Position numbers and translations under genes: made by a program. Below the pieces are notes generated by a model. That model ran no database searches. It was not told the origin of the DNA and was given only the letters and a program-made list of their open reading frames with translations. A stretch of 63,993 nucleotides of DNA, the filler included. It is 9 parts of 9 records of this genome, joined end to end, with 100 filler letters (N's around TTAATTAATTAA, not from the genome) between each part and the next. Parts side by side here need not be neighbours in the genome. Positions count along the whole stretch, not along the records: positions 46,775 to 51,538 come from SRR7504441_6177; positions 51,639 to 55,553 come from SRR7504441_6195; positions 55,654 to 60,831 come from SRR7504441_6199; 6 more parts are not named here. One strand, 5' to 3'. Of this stretch, positions 47,690-60,571 are shown piece after piece; positions within the stretch are counted from its first letter, which is position 1; each line of letters opens with the position of its first letter.

Positions 47690-49933
47690 TCATAGTGACA
47701 CGGCAACAAGCCAAAGCCGAAAAAGGCCCTCCAGCTGCGCAATCGAGTCACTACAAAACTCCCCCAACTCCGTAGTCTGATTGATCCACCAACTAATCCG
47801 GCAAGGTAGCATCAACTCGCCATCTCTTTGGGCTTAGGTTTGGGCAATGCGAACTCGCCTTCAGCAGCAGCAGCCTGCTTACTCGGCGACGATTGCTGCT
47901 TTTTGCCTGGGCTTTTGTCTTTAGGACTTCTTGATTCTCTCGCCTCCTTGGGTGGGCTAGCCCGGTCCTTTCTCCGCTCGACCTTGATTTTCTTTGGGGA
48001 AAGCTTGGGCTCACTACTAGGCTTGGCTGGTCCATTCTGTGTACTGTTCCCCGGCTCTTGGTTTGTCGGCGCCTGCTCGGCTTGGTTGGACGGGTTCTGG
48101 GCAGCCGACTGAGTCCACGCCCGCTGTGAAGTCCACGCGTTCTGCTCCGTCCACGCCTCCTTCCACTCAGACGCCGGTCCCGCCTGCTGAGCTGGGGCTG
48201 CCGCTGCCGGCGCTTCCACCGGCTGTGGCTCGACCGCTGCCGACTCCTCGGCTGCTGCCGGCTCCGAAGCGGCCGGCGCCCCCTGGTCCGGTTTGCGGGG
48301 CCGTGGGCTGACGGAGTCACGTCGGTCGGCAAAATTGACTTTGATTGGCAGCCCTGCCTGGCCAGCATACTCTGAGTGGCCTGTGCCCATGAACTTGCCG
48401 TGCAGCGCATCGGCCGCCTTGCGGGCGCATGCTTCGTTCATCATCCGGACGAACCCACAGTGGCTCTTGGGCAGCAAGTCGATTGTCTGCACCGCTCCGA
48501 ACTCTCCGAATGCGGCCATGAGCGTTTGCTCACTCACAGTCGGTGACAAATTGCCCACCCAAAGGTGCCGGGACGGTCGGCCCTTGCCGTAGCTAATGCT
48601 CACAGCATGTCCGTCCGTGGCCGCCTGCGCCAGGGTGAACTGAGCCTGCAGCCTCGCGCACCTTAGTCTCCACTGCCTTCCTAGCTGCAATCGCGCTGCT
48701 GATGCTGCTGAAGTCCGCAAAGAAGACCCCCTCGCTCTTGGGCTTGGGCGTGATGGTCGCACCCGGCGGCAGCGCGGCACGCAGCCAGTCGGCGCTCACA
48801 CCAGGCGCCTGGAACACTAGATGCGATGTGGGCAGCTCATCGGACGACCTGCGCCCCTAGTTCAGCCGCTCGCAGCGCTCGGGCGCACAGAGGGGTGCGC
48901 TGCCGGGCCGGGGACGGGCGGGCAGGTTCGAACTGCTCCTTGGCGTATGAGATGGTCAGCCGTCGGTCAATCAACGTCTTGTGGTTGAGAGAAGTGAGCG
49001 CTGTGGTGGCGGCCTCGACGCTTTCCATTGTCACGAACGCGCTGTGCCGCTCCTTGAGCAGTTTGACCTTGCTCACCGGGCCTGCCGCCGGGCTCACTGC
49101 ACGGGCTGGCTGGGCGGGCGCCTTGCTCTGAGAATAAATCCTGCAGGTCGGCGGAGTTAGCGTACGGAGACACACCCTGAATGCGAAGCACGCTGTCCGC
49201 ACCCGGTGACAAGGGAGGGGGGGAGGGGGCACCGGGTGGGCTCGCCCAGGCGGACGGGCTTCTTCTGGCCGGGGCTCGGCGGGCTCGCTCTGACTGGACT
49301 GGAGCTGGCCGGCTTGGAGCTTGGCTTTGGGGAAGACGACTCCGGCGGCTTCGAGCTCTTCGAGGCTGGACCGCCGGACTGGGGCGCGGGGGCCAGCTTC
49401 GGGGCCGGCTTCGGGTCCGGCTCCTTGGCCGGGGCGGGCGGGAGCAGGGCCAGCTCCTCTTCTTCCTCCATCTGATCCACCCAGCTCGGACTGAGCAGTT
49501 CAGGCTCGTCGGCGCCGGCAGCCTCCGGGGCGGCCGCGGACGGATCGGCGACCTCGGGCGACTCCGGGAGCTCGTCGCTGCCGCCGGGGTGAGTCCAGGC
49601 GGCCGGCGCGGAGAGACCTGAAGCTGCCCATCCGATCCCCCGCGGAGGAGGAGCCGGCGCTTCCGGCCTTCTTCTTCTTGCGGCGCTTCTTAGGCCTGCA
49701 GCCGGGTCAGTCGTTGCGAGCCGCCCCAGCGCACCCGTTCCCGAATGTCACCAGCTCGGCGGCGCGCGGTCGGAACAGCCGAGTGTAGAGCGAGGCGACC
49801 TAGATAGCGGCCAGGTCGGCGCCAGCCCAAAGGGGGCGGCTACCCAGGCGACGATCCATGCCCAGAGGAGGGCCAGCCGGCCGGGGGCGGGCGGCTCCCG
49901 GCTACTGGCCTTGCCCCGCTTCTTGGGGGCCAT
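47690..49933 (-). CDS. Multi-RRM RNA-binding protein with low-complexity linkers
   Basis: VLRIQGVS...AFVTMES...LTISYAK; FFADFSS; HLWVGNLS...CGFVRM...IKVNFAD; both ends approximate. Confidence 0.75.
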
Positions 49934-50058
49934 TGGGGCTGCGCAGAGGTGGTTGCTTCTGACCAGTGATGACGACGGTGGCGCCAGAGACGAAGTCGTC
50001 CGTTGGCTTGGCTTGGCCGACTGCAGCTGGTCGGGCTGCACTTGCACCCTCGTACGAG

Positions 50059-51017
50059 ATGGGTCGGGCTGGGGACCGCCCGAGGCCTCAGCAGTTCGAA
50101 GACAGGTACCAGCAGTCCAGGTGCGCCGCTGGGCCCCGCACCGGGCTCACTGCCTGGGCTAGCGACCGCCGCCGGGACCGCAGCCGGAGCCGCAGCAGAC
50201 GGGATCGGAGCCGGAGGGACCGGAGCCGGAGTCGGAGTCGGAGCCGGAGGGACCGGAGCCGGAGCCGGCGCCGGGATCGACGGTCGCCCGAGCCCCGGAG
50301 CCGGGAGCCTGTGCGGCGAAACGAGCCGGACGCGCACCGCTGGCGCCGCACGATCGTGGAGCAGATGCGACCGGGGGAAAAAGTGGCCGCACTGCTGAAG
50401 AGGCTGAAGGCTGAGGATAAACGGCTTTTCGACAGAGTGTTCCGAGCGGCTGACTCGCTGGCCGACAACGGATACCTCGACGTGTATATAGACTCGCGCG
50501 ACAAGATCGGTTCAATGCTGGAAGGTGTGTCTCGCAGGCTGGACCGGTCCGAACCGGTTGGTGCAGACTTCGAGCCGGCGGCCCCGGCGCCTGTCGCGCC
50601 GGCGCCGGCTGTGGCCGAGAAGCAGTGGGAGTACTCGATGGACCGGGAGGCGGTGCAGGGCCCGTTTCCTTCTTCGACAATGGCCGAGTGGAACAGGTGG
50701 CCTGCCTGTGGCCTGCTGCCAGCTCTGCGGGGCAGGCAGGGGCACTTCGCGGCGGTGATCTCGCAGCTGTGGGTCCGGGAGGCCGGTCAGACCGAGTGGT
50801 CTCGCGCTGCGCGGGTGGGGGGGTTCAGCAAGGTAGCGAGGGCCAGCCACCGGGTGCTAGCTGGGGGCAGCTGTTTGATTCTGGTACTCGGCAGCCGCTG
50901 GCAGCCCATTACGCGCCAGAGCCAGGTGCCTGTGTACTAGGGCCGGGGTTGACTAGAGCTGGGCCAGGGGCCGCGGATGAGGCGGCTGATGCGGGGCTCA
51001 ACGACGAGGCGTTATGA
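50059..51017 (+). CDS. CD2BP2/U5-52K (Lin1)-like protein with RS/RD-rich N-terminus and GYF domain
   Basis: MRPGEKVAALLKRL...ADSLADNGYLDVY; WEY...QGPFPSSTMAEW..GHF; CCGGAG-type repeats at ~50165-50305. Confidence 0.7.
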
Positions 51018-51403
51018 CATAAGTACTCGAATCACTGACCTAAGTATACTTAGGAATCTCCCTGGCGTAACATGGTACGCTTGTAGATCCACTTCCGACG
51101 CACTACTCCGTGGTGGCATGTATTAAAATTGATTATGACCTGCGTGGCGGTAGAGACGTACTGTATTGCACAGTCATGATTATTACGGGACTTATTGTGT
51201 ACTTATTGTGTGACCGGGGTGGTTCATGGTTTTAAGAGACTTGAGCGGATGTGTTGAGAAGATAAAGCGACGGAGTTAAAGCGCGGGCGAGTCTCTGCGC
51301 ACGAGGTGTTCACTTATGAGTACGGTACCTGGTAGCGTGTAGATCCACAGTTGCGTCTCCAACGTCCAACGGCAGCTCCCCGAAAGGCCGAACGGCGAAG
51401 ACC

Positions 51404-51538
51404 ATGTGCTGGTGTTGCTTCAGTACCAAGCCGCTCGATGACGACGAGAAGAAAAAGTACGACAAGGACCACCCGATGTGCCGGGACGAAGGCTGGTACG
51501 CGACCCATGGCAAGCAATTCAACCGGTTCCAGACCAGC
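51404..51538 (+). CDS. N-terminus of a hypothetical protein (MCWCC..., 3' partial)
   Basis: ATG after an AT-rich intergenic region, open to the contig end. Confidence 0.4.
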
Positions 51539-51638
51539 NNNNNNNNNNNNNNNNNNNNNNNNNNNNNNNNNNNNNNNNNNNNTTAATTAATTAANNNNNN
51601 NNNNNNNNNNNNNNNNNNNNNNNNNNNNNNNNNNNNNN

Positions 51639-51821
51639 CAGCTCGGCGCTCAGCCGCTGGAAGGCCGGGCCGGCGGCCTCGGTGGTGGCGGGTGTGGCGG
51701 GCTGCGGCTGGTTCCTCTTGTTTGATCTGGTCCTCGGCATTTCGTCCGTTACTCGCTCGCAGTTGCTGTTGCGTGGTGGCGGGTAGTGCTGCTGCGCTGC
51801 TGGGCGGGGCCTCTTTCTCAT
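51639..51821 (-). CDS. N-terminus of a possible F-box protein (3' partial)
   Basis: MRKRPRP (NLS-like)...FQRLSAEL, resembling an F-box start, running into the spacer. Confidence 0.35.
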
Positions 51822-51891
51822 GGTGGTGTGGAAGATCGAGGGCAAACGCCCCCGGTGGAATCACTCTCCAGCTGTGCACGGCAGGAGCAGG

Positions 51892-52308
51892 ATGGACATG
51901 ATACGCCCGAACTTCGAGCCCTACAAACCACCCCAACCAGAGCCGCCTGTTGAGCGCCGACTGCAGGCCAGCAGCCCACCCAGCGCTGGACTGACGTGAT
52001 GGCAGGCCTGGTTGGGTGCGTTCAAGCCCGAGCGGTTCCCGCCGCCGGAGCACCGGGGGATGGTGACGGTGCAATTGCCCGACGAGTTGCCGCAGAGCTT
52101 GAGCAACCGGCGGGTGGCTCACGAGTGGCGTTGGGTCTCGCGGGCGTCGAGCGAGCTGTTGAGGCCAGCCGGGGCGCACGGCCGGACGCAGCACGAGCTC
52201 ATGTACGATATGGAGGAGACGTGTGTGGTCACGCGCCGCCGGAACATGTGCACTAACGAGTACGATCGTGGAGAGAGCACTGTGCGCAACTTGACTGGGA
52301 TGAATTAA
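51892..52308 (+). CDS. Small hypothetical protein with one 39-nt GC-AG intron
   Basis: MDMIRPNFEP...RRLQ|AWLGAFKPERF...NLTGMN*. Confidence 0.5.
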
Positions 52309-52833
52309 TACTTATAGGCACGAGGGGTTCCGATGCCCTGTTTCTGATGCCCTCCTCGTCTGACGCCTTACTGCTGCCCTGTAGCCTGGACGGCCTCCAA
52401 AAGCTGACACCTTGTGGATTGACGCCTTGTTCGGCTCATGGCGTCTCGGCACCTCGTAGGCACCTTGTACTGTTATATAATATTAAACGACTTTGGGCTC
52501 TCAGCAGAGCCTCGTTGACCGTGCATGTATAGCCAGAGGCGAGGGTGACCGCAAAGAACAGCACGAGCACGAGTACAAGCTATCGTGCATAGAATCAATG
52601 ATTCACCGTCAACGTCACTCGCGGCATACCAGACAATCATGATTGTACCGAGCGCCATCGGCAGCTGCAACCGCGCCCCTCAATGCGCTACTGATCCACT
52701 CAAGGGCAGGCGGGCCGCAATGGCAGTCCAAACCTTAACTGGTGCAGAGAGAGAGATGCAACTGAATTTAACAGATCTATGTAAGACCTACGAGTACTAG
52801 TACGAGTATGGCATAAGCCACGTTAAATGATAA

Positions 52834-55553
52834 TTAGCCATCGCGCTCGGTGATGTCAGTCGCCTCCTTGTCGACGTCAGTTTGCTGCAAATAGTCTTGA
52901 TGAGATGGCACGTGGGCATACATCGCAATCCTATGCCCTCGCGTCAAGGCACTCACTAACCACCGGCTGTCACCATAGGCAGAAGAGTACGACCATCATT
53001 ATCCCCGTGAGCGCTTTTGTTCGGCCGGTGAGTGTCACATAGTTTAGCGTCATCACGGAGGTCACCACCCCGATGAACGAGAGCGTAGGGAACACGAGCG
53101 AGAAGGAAACGTTGTCGTCGTCCTCTTTCGAAATCACCGCAGAGAACAGCACGAGTACAGGCATCAGCACCTGCCAGCGTCTGGCTCGCATGCAGCTAAA
53201 TGCCTTTCAGACACCATGGCCATCTGCACCGCAGCCATGTTGGCGATGTCAATCCCAACAGACACCTACCCCAAGCTGGTCAGAACATGCGCTCGGCTAA
53301 AACAACTTCGCCGGTCAAAGCAAAGTCGAAGGCGGTTTTGATCGGCGAGTACGTCACCACGGCCACGATGATCGACGCCGAGAGGAACATATTGCCTTGC
53401 TCTGTTTCCCATCCAGCGTTCTGCAGTCCGCCGTTTAGACAGAGCGCCCGGGCGAGTGACCCACCCTGATCGCGGCTACAAAGGTCTTTGATACCAGGCA
53501 GACAAGCAATGCGACGATGACTGCAGCCCCGAGCAGCACCAAGCTCCTGAGGAGTAAGGCAGTAAGGCAACGCTGGGGAGAGGCGGCACCGTGCTAGCGC
53601 CGTCATGTCGTCGTCATCATCTTTGCCGTTGATCGCAGAGGGGAACACCGTGGGAGCCGGTTGGTCTGCGGGATCCTCTTTACAGGCCAGCTGGTCATCA
53701 GCAGCAGGGGCCAAATCAGCAGAGATTGGGTTGGACTGCTCGTCTTCTCGTTTCTGACACGCAGATCTCAACCACTCACTCCGGGGGCACCTCAACGGAT
53801 CCCGGCGGGGCGGCAACTTGAGGCTTGGCATCTTTGGTCTGCTGCAAATGCTCAGCACGAGTGGTGAGATCGGGCTGCCTGCTCTGCTGCTTCAGCAAAG
53901 AACGAATTGTGCGTAAACACCAGATAAAGCAAGCACATGCAGTACGGCAGCGGCATCATCAGCGCTGGGGTCGGGTCCAATCAGCCCCAGCCAGCCTGGC
54001 GCGCACCGCAGCAATACTCGAGCGGCTTGACAAGCTCTTGGTAGACAATGTCGTCCCCAAAGTCCTTCCGTATGTACCGACACTGCCCGCAGCTGAGAGT
54101 GTAGTCAGACGCAAGTTCGCAGTTCTGACAGTCCATTTCCATCCGGCCGTAAATGTTGTAGAACACTGTGGGGGTGAACACGCTGGCCGCATGCTCAGCG
54201 GGCCGGCAAGGGCTGGACGGTTTTACCCCACAACAGAGGCCATCAAGAGGACACACTGGACCACCCCGGCTGGACCCCCGGTCAGCCGGGCGGGTGCGGC
54301 AGTCACTGTGTTGGCTGGCGGCGTGGATGGATGACTTGAAGTGAGCCACCACCATCGCAAGTCCCGGCAGCAGCACAGTGACGGTCACCAGCGCAAATGA
54401 GAAAACCTCCTGGGCCAGGTTGTTCAACTGGGCCTCCAAGATCCACCAGAACAGCACCACCGGGAGCAGCAGCCCTCCGGCCCGGATCAGCCGCCCAGCC
54501 ACGGCACGCGGCACCGGCTATAGTCGCGCAGAGCACTCCCAGGGGGATCGGCAACAGCGCCATCAGACGAAAGGCCACAAACCTGAGGACTGCGCCCCGC
54601 GGTCAGCCCTGTGCAGGCCGACTGCCGACCATGCTGGAGCATGGCGAGCATCGAGCCGAGCAGCACGGCCAATCCGGCGGTGTACGAAGAGTCGCCCGAG
54701 TGCACTCCCGGGTCTAGCACTAAGTCGTGCTGGTCCGACCCAAGACTCATCATCAGCAGCGCCGCCACTGTGAGCGCTGACAGCCAGGACGCCGAGCCCA
54801 CTGACAGCCCGACCGGCAGCTGCATCGCCATCAGCCGCCAGCACGGCAGCGCGTGCTGGCAGAGCACCGCCGCGCGCGCCGATGCCTCGGCCAGCCCTCC
54901 AGGCAACTCACCCAGGCTTACCAAGGACACCTTGCTGTGCCGCAAGTCCAGCAAGAACAGCCCAATGCTCACGTGGACCTGGCCCGCACAGTCAGCTTCC
55001 GCAGGCCCCGGGCCAGGCGCCTTTGACATTGGCACGAAGAGCACTAGCAGCCAACAGAGGAACCCAGCGGTCAAGTGCGCCACCACCAGGATCGGCCCCG
55101 CGAGCAGGACGGCCAGCACATTCCCGGCGTAGTCAACAAGGCCGCCAGCACGTCCTGGGAAGCTGGCCGGCTCCAGGATGACGGCCTTGTTGAATGGCCA
55201 TATCAAGAACCGAGCCGCCGTGAAGAACCGAGCCGCGTGCCGGGCTGGGATCACCAGTGCAAGCTGTCCAGGGGGTGAGCCCCGGCCCGGCCCGGGGTGG
55301 GACCATCAGCAGCCCGAGCAGGGCCATCAGCCCCGCCGTCCACCAGCCGAACAGCCCCACGTATAGCAAATCCAGAGCCCGAACTGGCAGCTCGTCGCCT
55401 GCGCCGAGTAAACGAGATCCGGCGGGGAGGGGGGACCGGTGTACGAGCTCGGGTCGTCGAACGAGGTGTGCCGCTCGCCCAGCCGGGTGGTGCAGCACGG
55501 CAGGAGCCGCAGCGCCGGGTTACTGACGGCCTGCGCCTGGGGCTGCGCCATCT
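52834..55553 (-). CDS. Divergent Vnx1/CAX-type cation exchanger-like membrane protein with YccF (DUF307) domains
   Basis: LYVGLFGWW...ARFLIWPF; AGNVL...FLCWLLVLFVPMSK; C-terminal VLVLFS...FSLVFP...LNYVTLTGRTKALTG. Confidence 0.6.
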
Positions 55554-55653
55554 NNNNNNNNNNNNNNNNNNNNNNNNNNNNNNNNNNNNNNNNNNNNTTA
55601 ATTAATTAANNNNNNNNNNNNNNNNNNNNNNNNNNNNNNNNNNNNNNNNNNNN

Positions 55654-58591
55654 TGGCTGGGTTGGCGTGGCTCGCGCCGAGCGCCGACCCCAGCAGGTTC
55701 TTCCGGGGGGGCATCGACGGGTCCCGGCGGTCCCAGGGACCTGTCGCCACAGGCCCACATCACCTGACCGTTGGCAAGTGGGGCCAGGACCACAGCAGAG
55801 AGCCAGCGCAGTCATGGCTCACTCGGCGGCCGGTGCGGCCGCGCTCAGGACGGCGCGGCAGCTGTTCAAGGAGGCCGACTCGGACGGTGCGGGCTGTGGC
55901 CGCCGGCGGGCGATCAAGGGCCAGGCAATGGCTGGCTTGACGAGGACGAGTTCGTGGTGGCTGTGGTTCAGATGATGCAAGCGCTCGGGATGGAAGCCCC
56001 CAGCTTCCCAGAGCTGCACAACATGTGCTCTCAAGGCCCGCCTGGAGCCGATCCCGGGCAGGTTTTTCACCTACGACCTCAACCACGACGGCCGAATCAA
56101 TTTCCCCGAGTTCGCAAACATGCTCAGGTGCGCCCCTCCAGCCACCAAACGCACACCCGGCCGGCGCAGCACCCCGCCGCTCAACGCGCTCTTCCCCGAG
56201 GCCGCCAGCGAGGCTCTGCGCAGTGCTTGCCCGCCTGCAGGCCCAGCTGAGCCCTGGCAGCGGCAATGATCGAGCCTCCAGACCAGAGCTACAGCGCCCC
56301 AGTGGGCCCTCGCGGGGCCTGGCGCTGAGCCTGGAGGGCAGGTGTCGCCAAAGCTGGACCGGCGGGCCACTCCGTACCGGCCGGCCGACCGGAGCCAGCG
56401 CGCGTCAATGGAGCGGTAGACCGCTGTGCTGGTCCGGCTGGGGCGAGCGGAGGCTAGGACTGGTTCGCCAGCCAAGATGGCCGGAGCTGAGGTGGCGGCC
56501 GCGGTGGTGGAGCGGGCGGCTCGGCAGCTGTTCAGCGAGAGCGACGCGGACGGTGCGGGCAGCGGTGGGGCGGCGTGAGAGCTTTCGGGCAGGAAATGGA
56601 TTGATCGACCAGAATGAGCTGAAGCAACTGGTCATGCGGCTGTGCGACGCCATCGGCCAGGCTCGGCCTGCCGGTGCGCGGCGGGAGCACGCACAGGATC
56701 AGCGTGAGGCAGGTGCGGCGATGGACAGCCAGGTTCGGGAGGCGCTAGCTCTATACGACACTGATGGCGATGGACATATTGACCTTCCTGGTAGCGTTAC
56801 CACCGGGCTGGCGGCCAGCAGCGTTGGCAGAGTTCCTGAAGATGATCGTCAACCGGCCGTGGAAGGCGCTGCTCCCCCCGGAGGTGCTGGCTGCCATGCC
56901 GAGCCCCGAACGGTCCGCTACGCACCGGCCTCACGCTTGACCTTGACCACCCTACAGCGAACTCTCCCCACGCCAACGGACACTTCCTCCACCAATGGCG
57001 CCTTCCGAGGCGGTGGGACGGCAGTGCTGGCTGCGCCATAAGCTGGAGATGCAGGTGGCGACCTCCAGTCAGTATTTGGAGACTTCCAAGCAGAAGCGTG
57101 CCGCGAATGTGAACAGCGACCTTGCGACTCAAGTGGCTGCAAAGGCCATCGCCCGGGTGATTCACCGGCTCGTCTAGTAGTCAGATGGGCCCAGGCGGCC
57201 ACACGGCTGTTTGATCAGTACGATGCGGACAAGAACGGTCGGATTGACATCTCCGAGCTGGCTGCAGTGCGTGCCTCTGCTCAGGGAGAGCCTGACTCTG
57301 GTTGGCAGCTGATTGATTCGATGCGTCAAGACCTCGGACTGGCCGAGAGCCCCAGGCACAAGCGGCGGTCCGCTGCCGAGCAGGCGGCCGAGGCGATTGC
57401 CAGCTGGAGCAGCTCTGGAGGTGGGCAGGCAGCTCGCTACAGCTCATTCCGGGCCAGATTCGCTGACATATGATGACTTCCTGCGGATGCTCTGCTCCGA
57501 GCAGTGGCGCGCTCTGCTCCCAGCCAGCACAACTGGGCACGCAGTCAAGGACCTGCTGCCGCTGGTGCTCAAGCCGTCAATAGAGAGCAACGCCAGGTTG
57601 GGATCGGCCGGGGTTGGAGCGCTGAGCAGGGCGCAGGGTGGTCACTGCCAAGGAGGCCGCGGGGCTGGGTGTGGTCCGAGCAGCCCGTCAGCTGTTCCAG
57701 GATGCGGATGCGGACAATAACGGATCAATCGACCCCGAGGAGCTCGGCTGGCTGGTGCAGGCGAGCCGGTGCTCAATGCGGGCACTCACCAGGATCCAGG
57801 CCCTCACCCAGAGGATGCAAGGAGACTCAGCAGAGCTCGCGCCGGCGGCGCTCAAGGCAACCAGCGGGATCTACGAGCTGAGCGGTGGCCAGGCGGAGGT
57901 GGACGCTGCGTTCGAAAAGTTTGATACCAACAGGTGGCGCCAGCCGCTGCTCGGCTCAGTCAGGAGCCAGGGACGGCGTGATTTCGTTTGGAGAGTTCCT
58001 GCAGATGATCACCCAGGCGCCGTGGAGCGCACTGCTCCCGGTGGCGGTGCAGGGACAGATCCAGCCGCTCTCCGCCAAGCAGGCGACTAGGCCTCGAGGG
58101 CGTGGGTGAGCCTGGTGGCAGGTGGCGCTGTTTGATCAGAGCAAGGCCGCAGCTGATAGGACGCCAAAGCCCGACCAAGAGGCAACTGGCAGACTGATTG
58201 GCTGGTGAGCCTTGCTGCAGATGGAAGTGCCGCCGATGGACCCGTCAGAGGCTCTCAGATACGCTGCCAAGCATAAGGCCACTCCTGCTGTGGCCGGACC
58301 TGCGGCAACAGGAGGAGCGAGCAGCGCTGGGCCGAGTAGCAAGGTGTGCCGGTGAAGACTTTGGCTGACAGCAAGGACAGGTAGAGGTCATTCGAGCACG
58401 AAACCTGGGAACAGGTTTGCCTGCTCTATTGCTCACCTTTGGTTTGACTGCTGGCAGGACACACACAAGATTTCCGTTACGCTGTGATGGAGAATTCGCA
58501 GCAATTGATGAAGCTAGCCATGCGGATGAACGAACCCACGGCCAGCCATAAGAAATACCGAGCCTCGCTCCCGGTTTGCTTCGATTTCTAA
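55654..58591 (+). CDS. Protein with about four tandem paired-EF-hand modules (probably 5' partial)
   Basis: Repeated ARQLFxxxDxDxNGxID...YDxxxDGxIxFxEFxxM..PW..LLP; many ~40-nt introns. Confidence 0.85.
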
Positions 58592-58719
58592 CTGGCCAGC
58601 ACGAACTACGTATACTAGTAGTTAATAATCGGCAATTTGAGTTTAAAAATGCCGATATTGAAGATTGCGTGCGAGCCGTCAGATGTTAGTCACGTGCACT
58701 CTGGTGATAATTACTACTT

Positions 58720-60571
58720 TTATGGATTGTTATTCGAACCGCATTGCTGGCCACCGTTCGAGCAATAAATTGCATAACCCACTGCCATCACGAGCAGCAA
58801 CATGATTATATATATGCACACCATCCCACATCCACGCGCCCTTAGCCACCGCTTCACCTTCTTGGCCCAATCGACCGCTTCTTTTGCAATAAGCGTCACC
58901 TCCTCTACCTGTTGGCCCATCTCCTCGTAGGCCTGATTGTTCCGCTCGGCCTGCTCCAGCACCTGCCGAGACTAATCGGCCGCGGCCCCGCTCGTTGGAT
59001 GCCTTCTCGCCCTGCATGTACAGCAACTTGTTCTGCTCAGTCAGCTTGTCCATCGCTTCGTCGATCTGCAGGTCCTTGGCTATATACCTGCACACCCGCT
59101 CATTTCTACCCCTGGTATAACACACTTCTGATAAAACTTCCAAGAGCTCGGGTCAAGGTCGGGCATTGCGCCCTCCATCTGCTTACAGGCCACCTCTTCG
59201 ACCGTGACTTCCCCCAGACCATGTTCACCCAGCTCGCTGCTGAGCCTGTGGCTGAATGAGACTCGCTCCGCCTCGGTCGCATTCCGCAGGTCGGCTTGTG
59301 ACTTATGCAACTGATCACTCAATCCCTCTGCCGCCCGGTGAGCGGCCGATGACTGCGGGACGCACCGAACGTGTACGCCCTGGCGCCCTCGCGCGGTCCT
59401 ATCACTTTCACCTGTCTGCAGCTCAGCAGCGGCAGCGTGCCTCGCCTGCCTGCCAATTCGCCGCCTCATTCTGAAAGTATTCTTCAAGAAGCCTCTTGAA
59501 CACCTGCTTGGCCAGCTTTCCCTCCTCTGTGCTCGGCTGACTCCCAAACTCGACTACAGCAAAGACCCTGGCCTCGGTACACAGTTGCCTGCCACTCGCT
59601 CGGCCCCAGCACCGCCCGACGTGAGACCTCAGGGCCTCTGCTGCCCTATCAGCCTTCTCCTTCATGCTCTTGGCCCGCTGGGTGGCACTGCTTTGGACCA
59701 TCCGCTCGATTGTGCCCAGCTGCTCCTCCAGCAGCTGCAATGTCCGTTGCCTCACCGCTATCTCGGTGGGAGACAGCACCGCATCCCTCTTTCCTGGACC
59801 CTCAGTCAGCACCGGACGGCTGGCACTCCGCACCGGACGCCCAGTCCTCGCGGGCCTGATCGCTCATCTCTACGTGGTCCTGTCGGAGCTTCTCGAGCTG
59901 ATCCTTGAGCTCCGGCAGCAGGATGTCCCTGCGCCGCCTCCCGCCACGCCCCAGCCTCCGCACACACCAGGCCTGACGCTGCCGCATCAGCTCCCTAGAG
60001 TCCTCCACCCCCCGCGGCTTGCCCCCAGGCTCCTGCCCCGCCCTCGCCCCAGCCCTCAGCCCTCCGCTCACTGTCGGCTGCTTGCTTCGTATGATCGCGT
60101 GCCCCGCGGTACGGGCCTTGTGAATCAGCCGATTAACTTGGACCTGCCCCGCCCTCCGCGCCCCCCTCTACCCCCCGCTGCCTGCCGTCGTTCGAACGCG
60201 TCCAGACTCACCCGGCCCTGGCTCACGTCCCCCTCGGCGTAAATCCACCTGCCGTAGCTCAGCCCGGCCCAGCAGAGAGCGCGCCCGCAATAGTCCATGA
60301 TCTGATTGGTGGCGTGCAGCATCATTTTGAGCTCGGCGACCGCCGAGCTAAGCTGGCCGGCCGGATCGCCCTGCGTCAGGTCCTCCCAGGTCCGGTCAAT
60401 CAACCGCTCGCAGCAGCCCCTGGTGTCGCCCGGTTTGGGAGGTGGCCCACAGCAGCCCTCCTCGCCGTCCTCACCGTCGGCGCCCAGCTCACCGGCTGCG
60501 TCGGCCAGCTCGTCCACCGTCTCGGAGACCTTGCTGTAGCACCAGGTGCAAGCCAGGCAGGTGCACGCCAT
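58720..60571 (-). CDS. Tail-anchored Qc-SNARE-like protein with long Cys-rich N-terminal region
   Basis: C-terminal SNARE-like coil DLQIDEAMDKL...EQAERNNQ...VEEV, then TM helix CIYIIMLLLVMAVGYAIY. Confidence 0.6.

Noticed and set aside
50165-50305. CCGGAG-type repeats as a CRISPR or satellite array
   Set aside because: They encode an RS/RD low-complexity domain and have no repeat-spacer structure.
52330-52760. Possible small minus-strand membrane-protein gene
   Set aside because: Hydrophobic frames and candidate introns exist, but I could not build a confident start or recognise homology.
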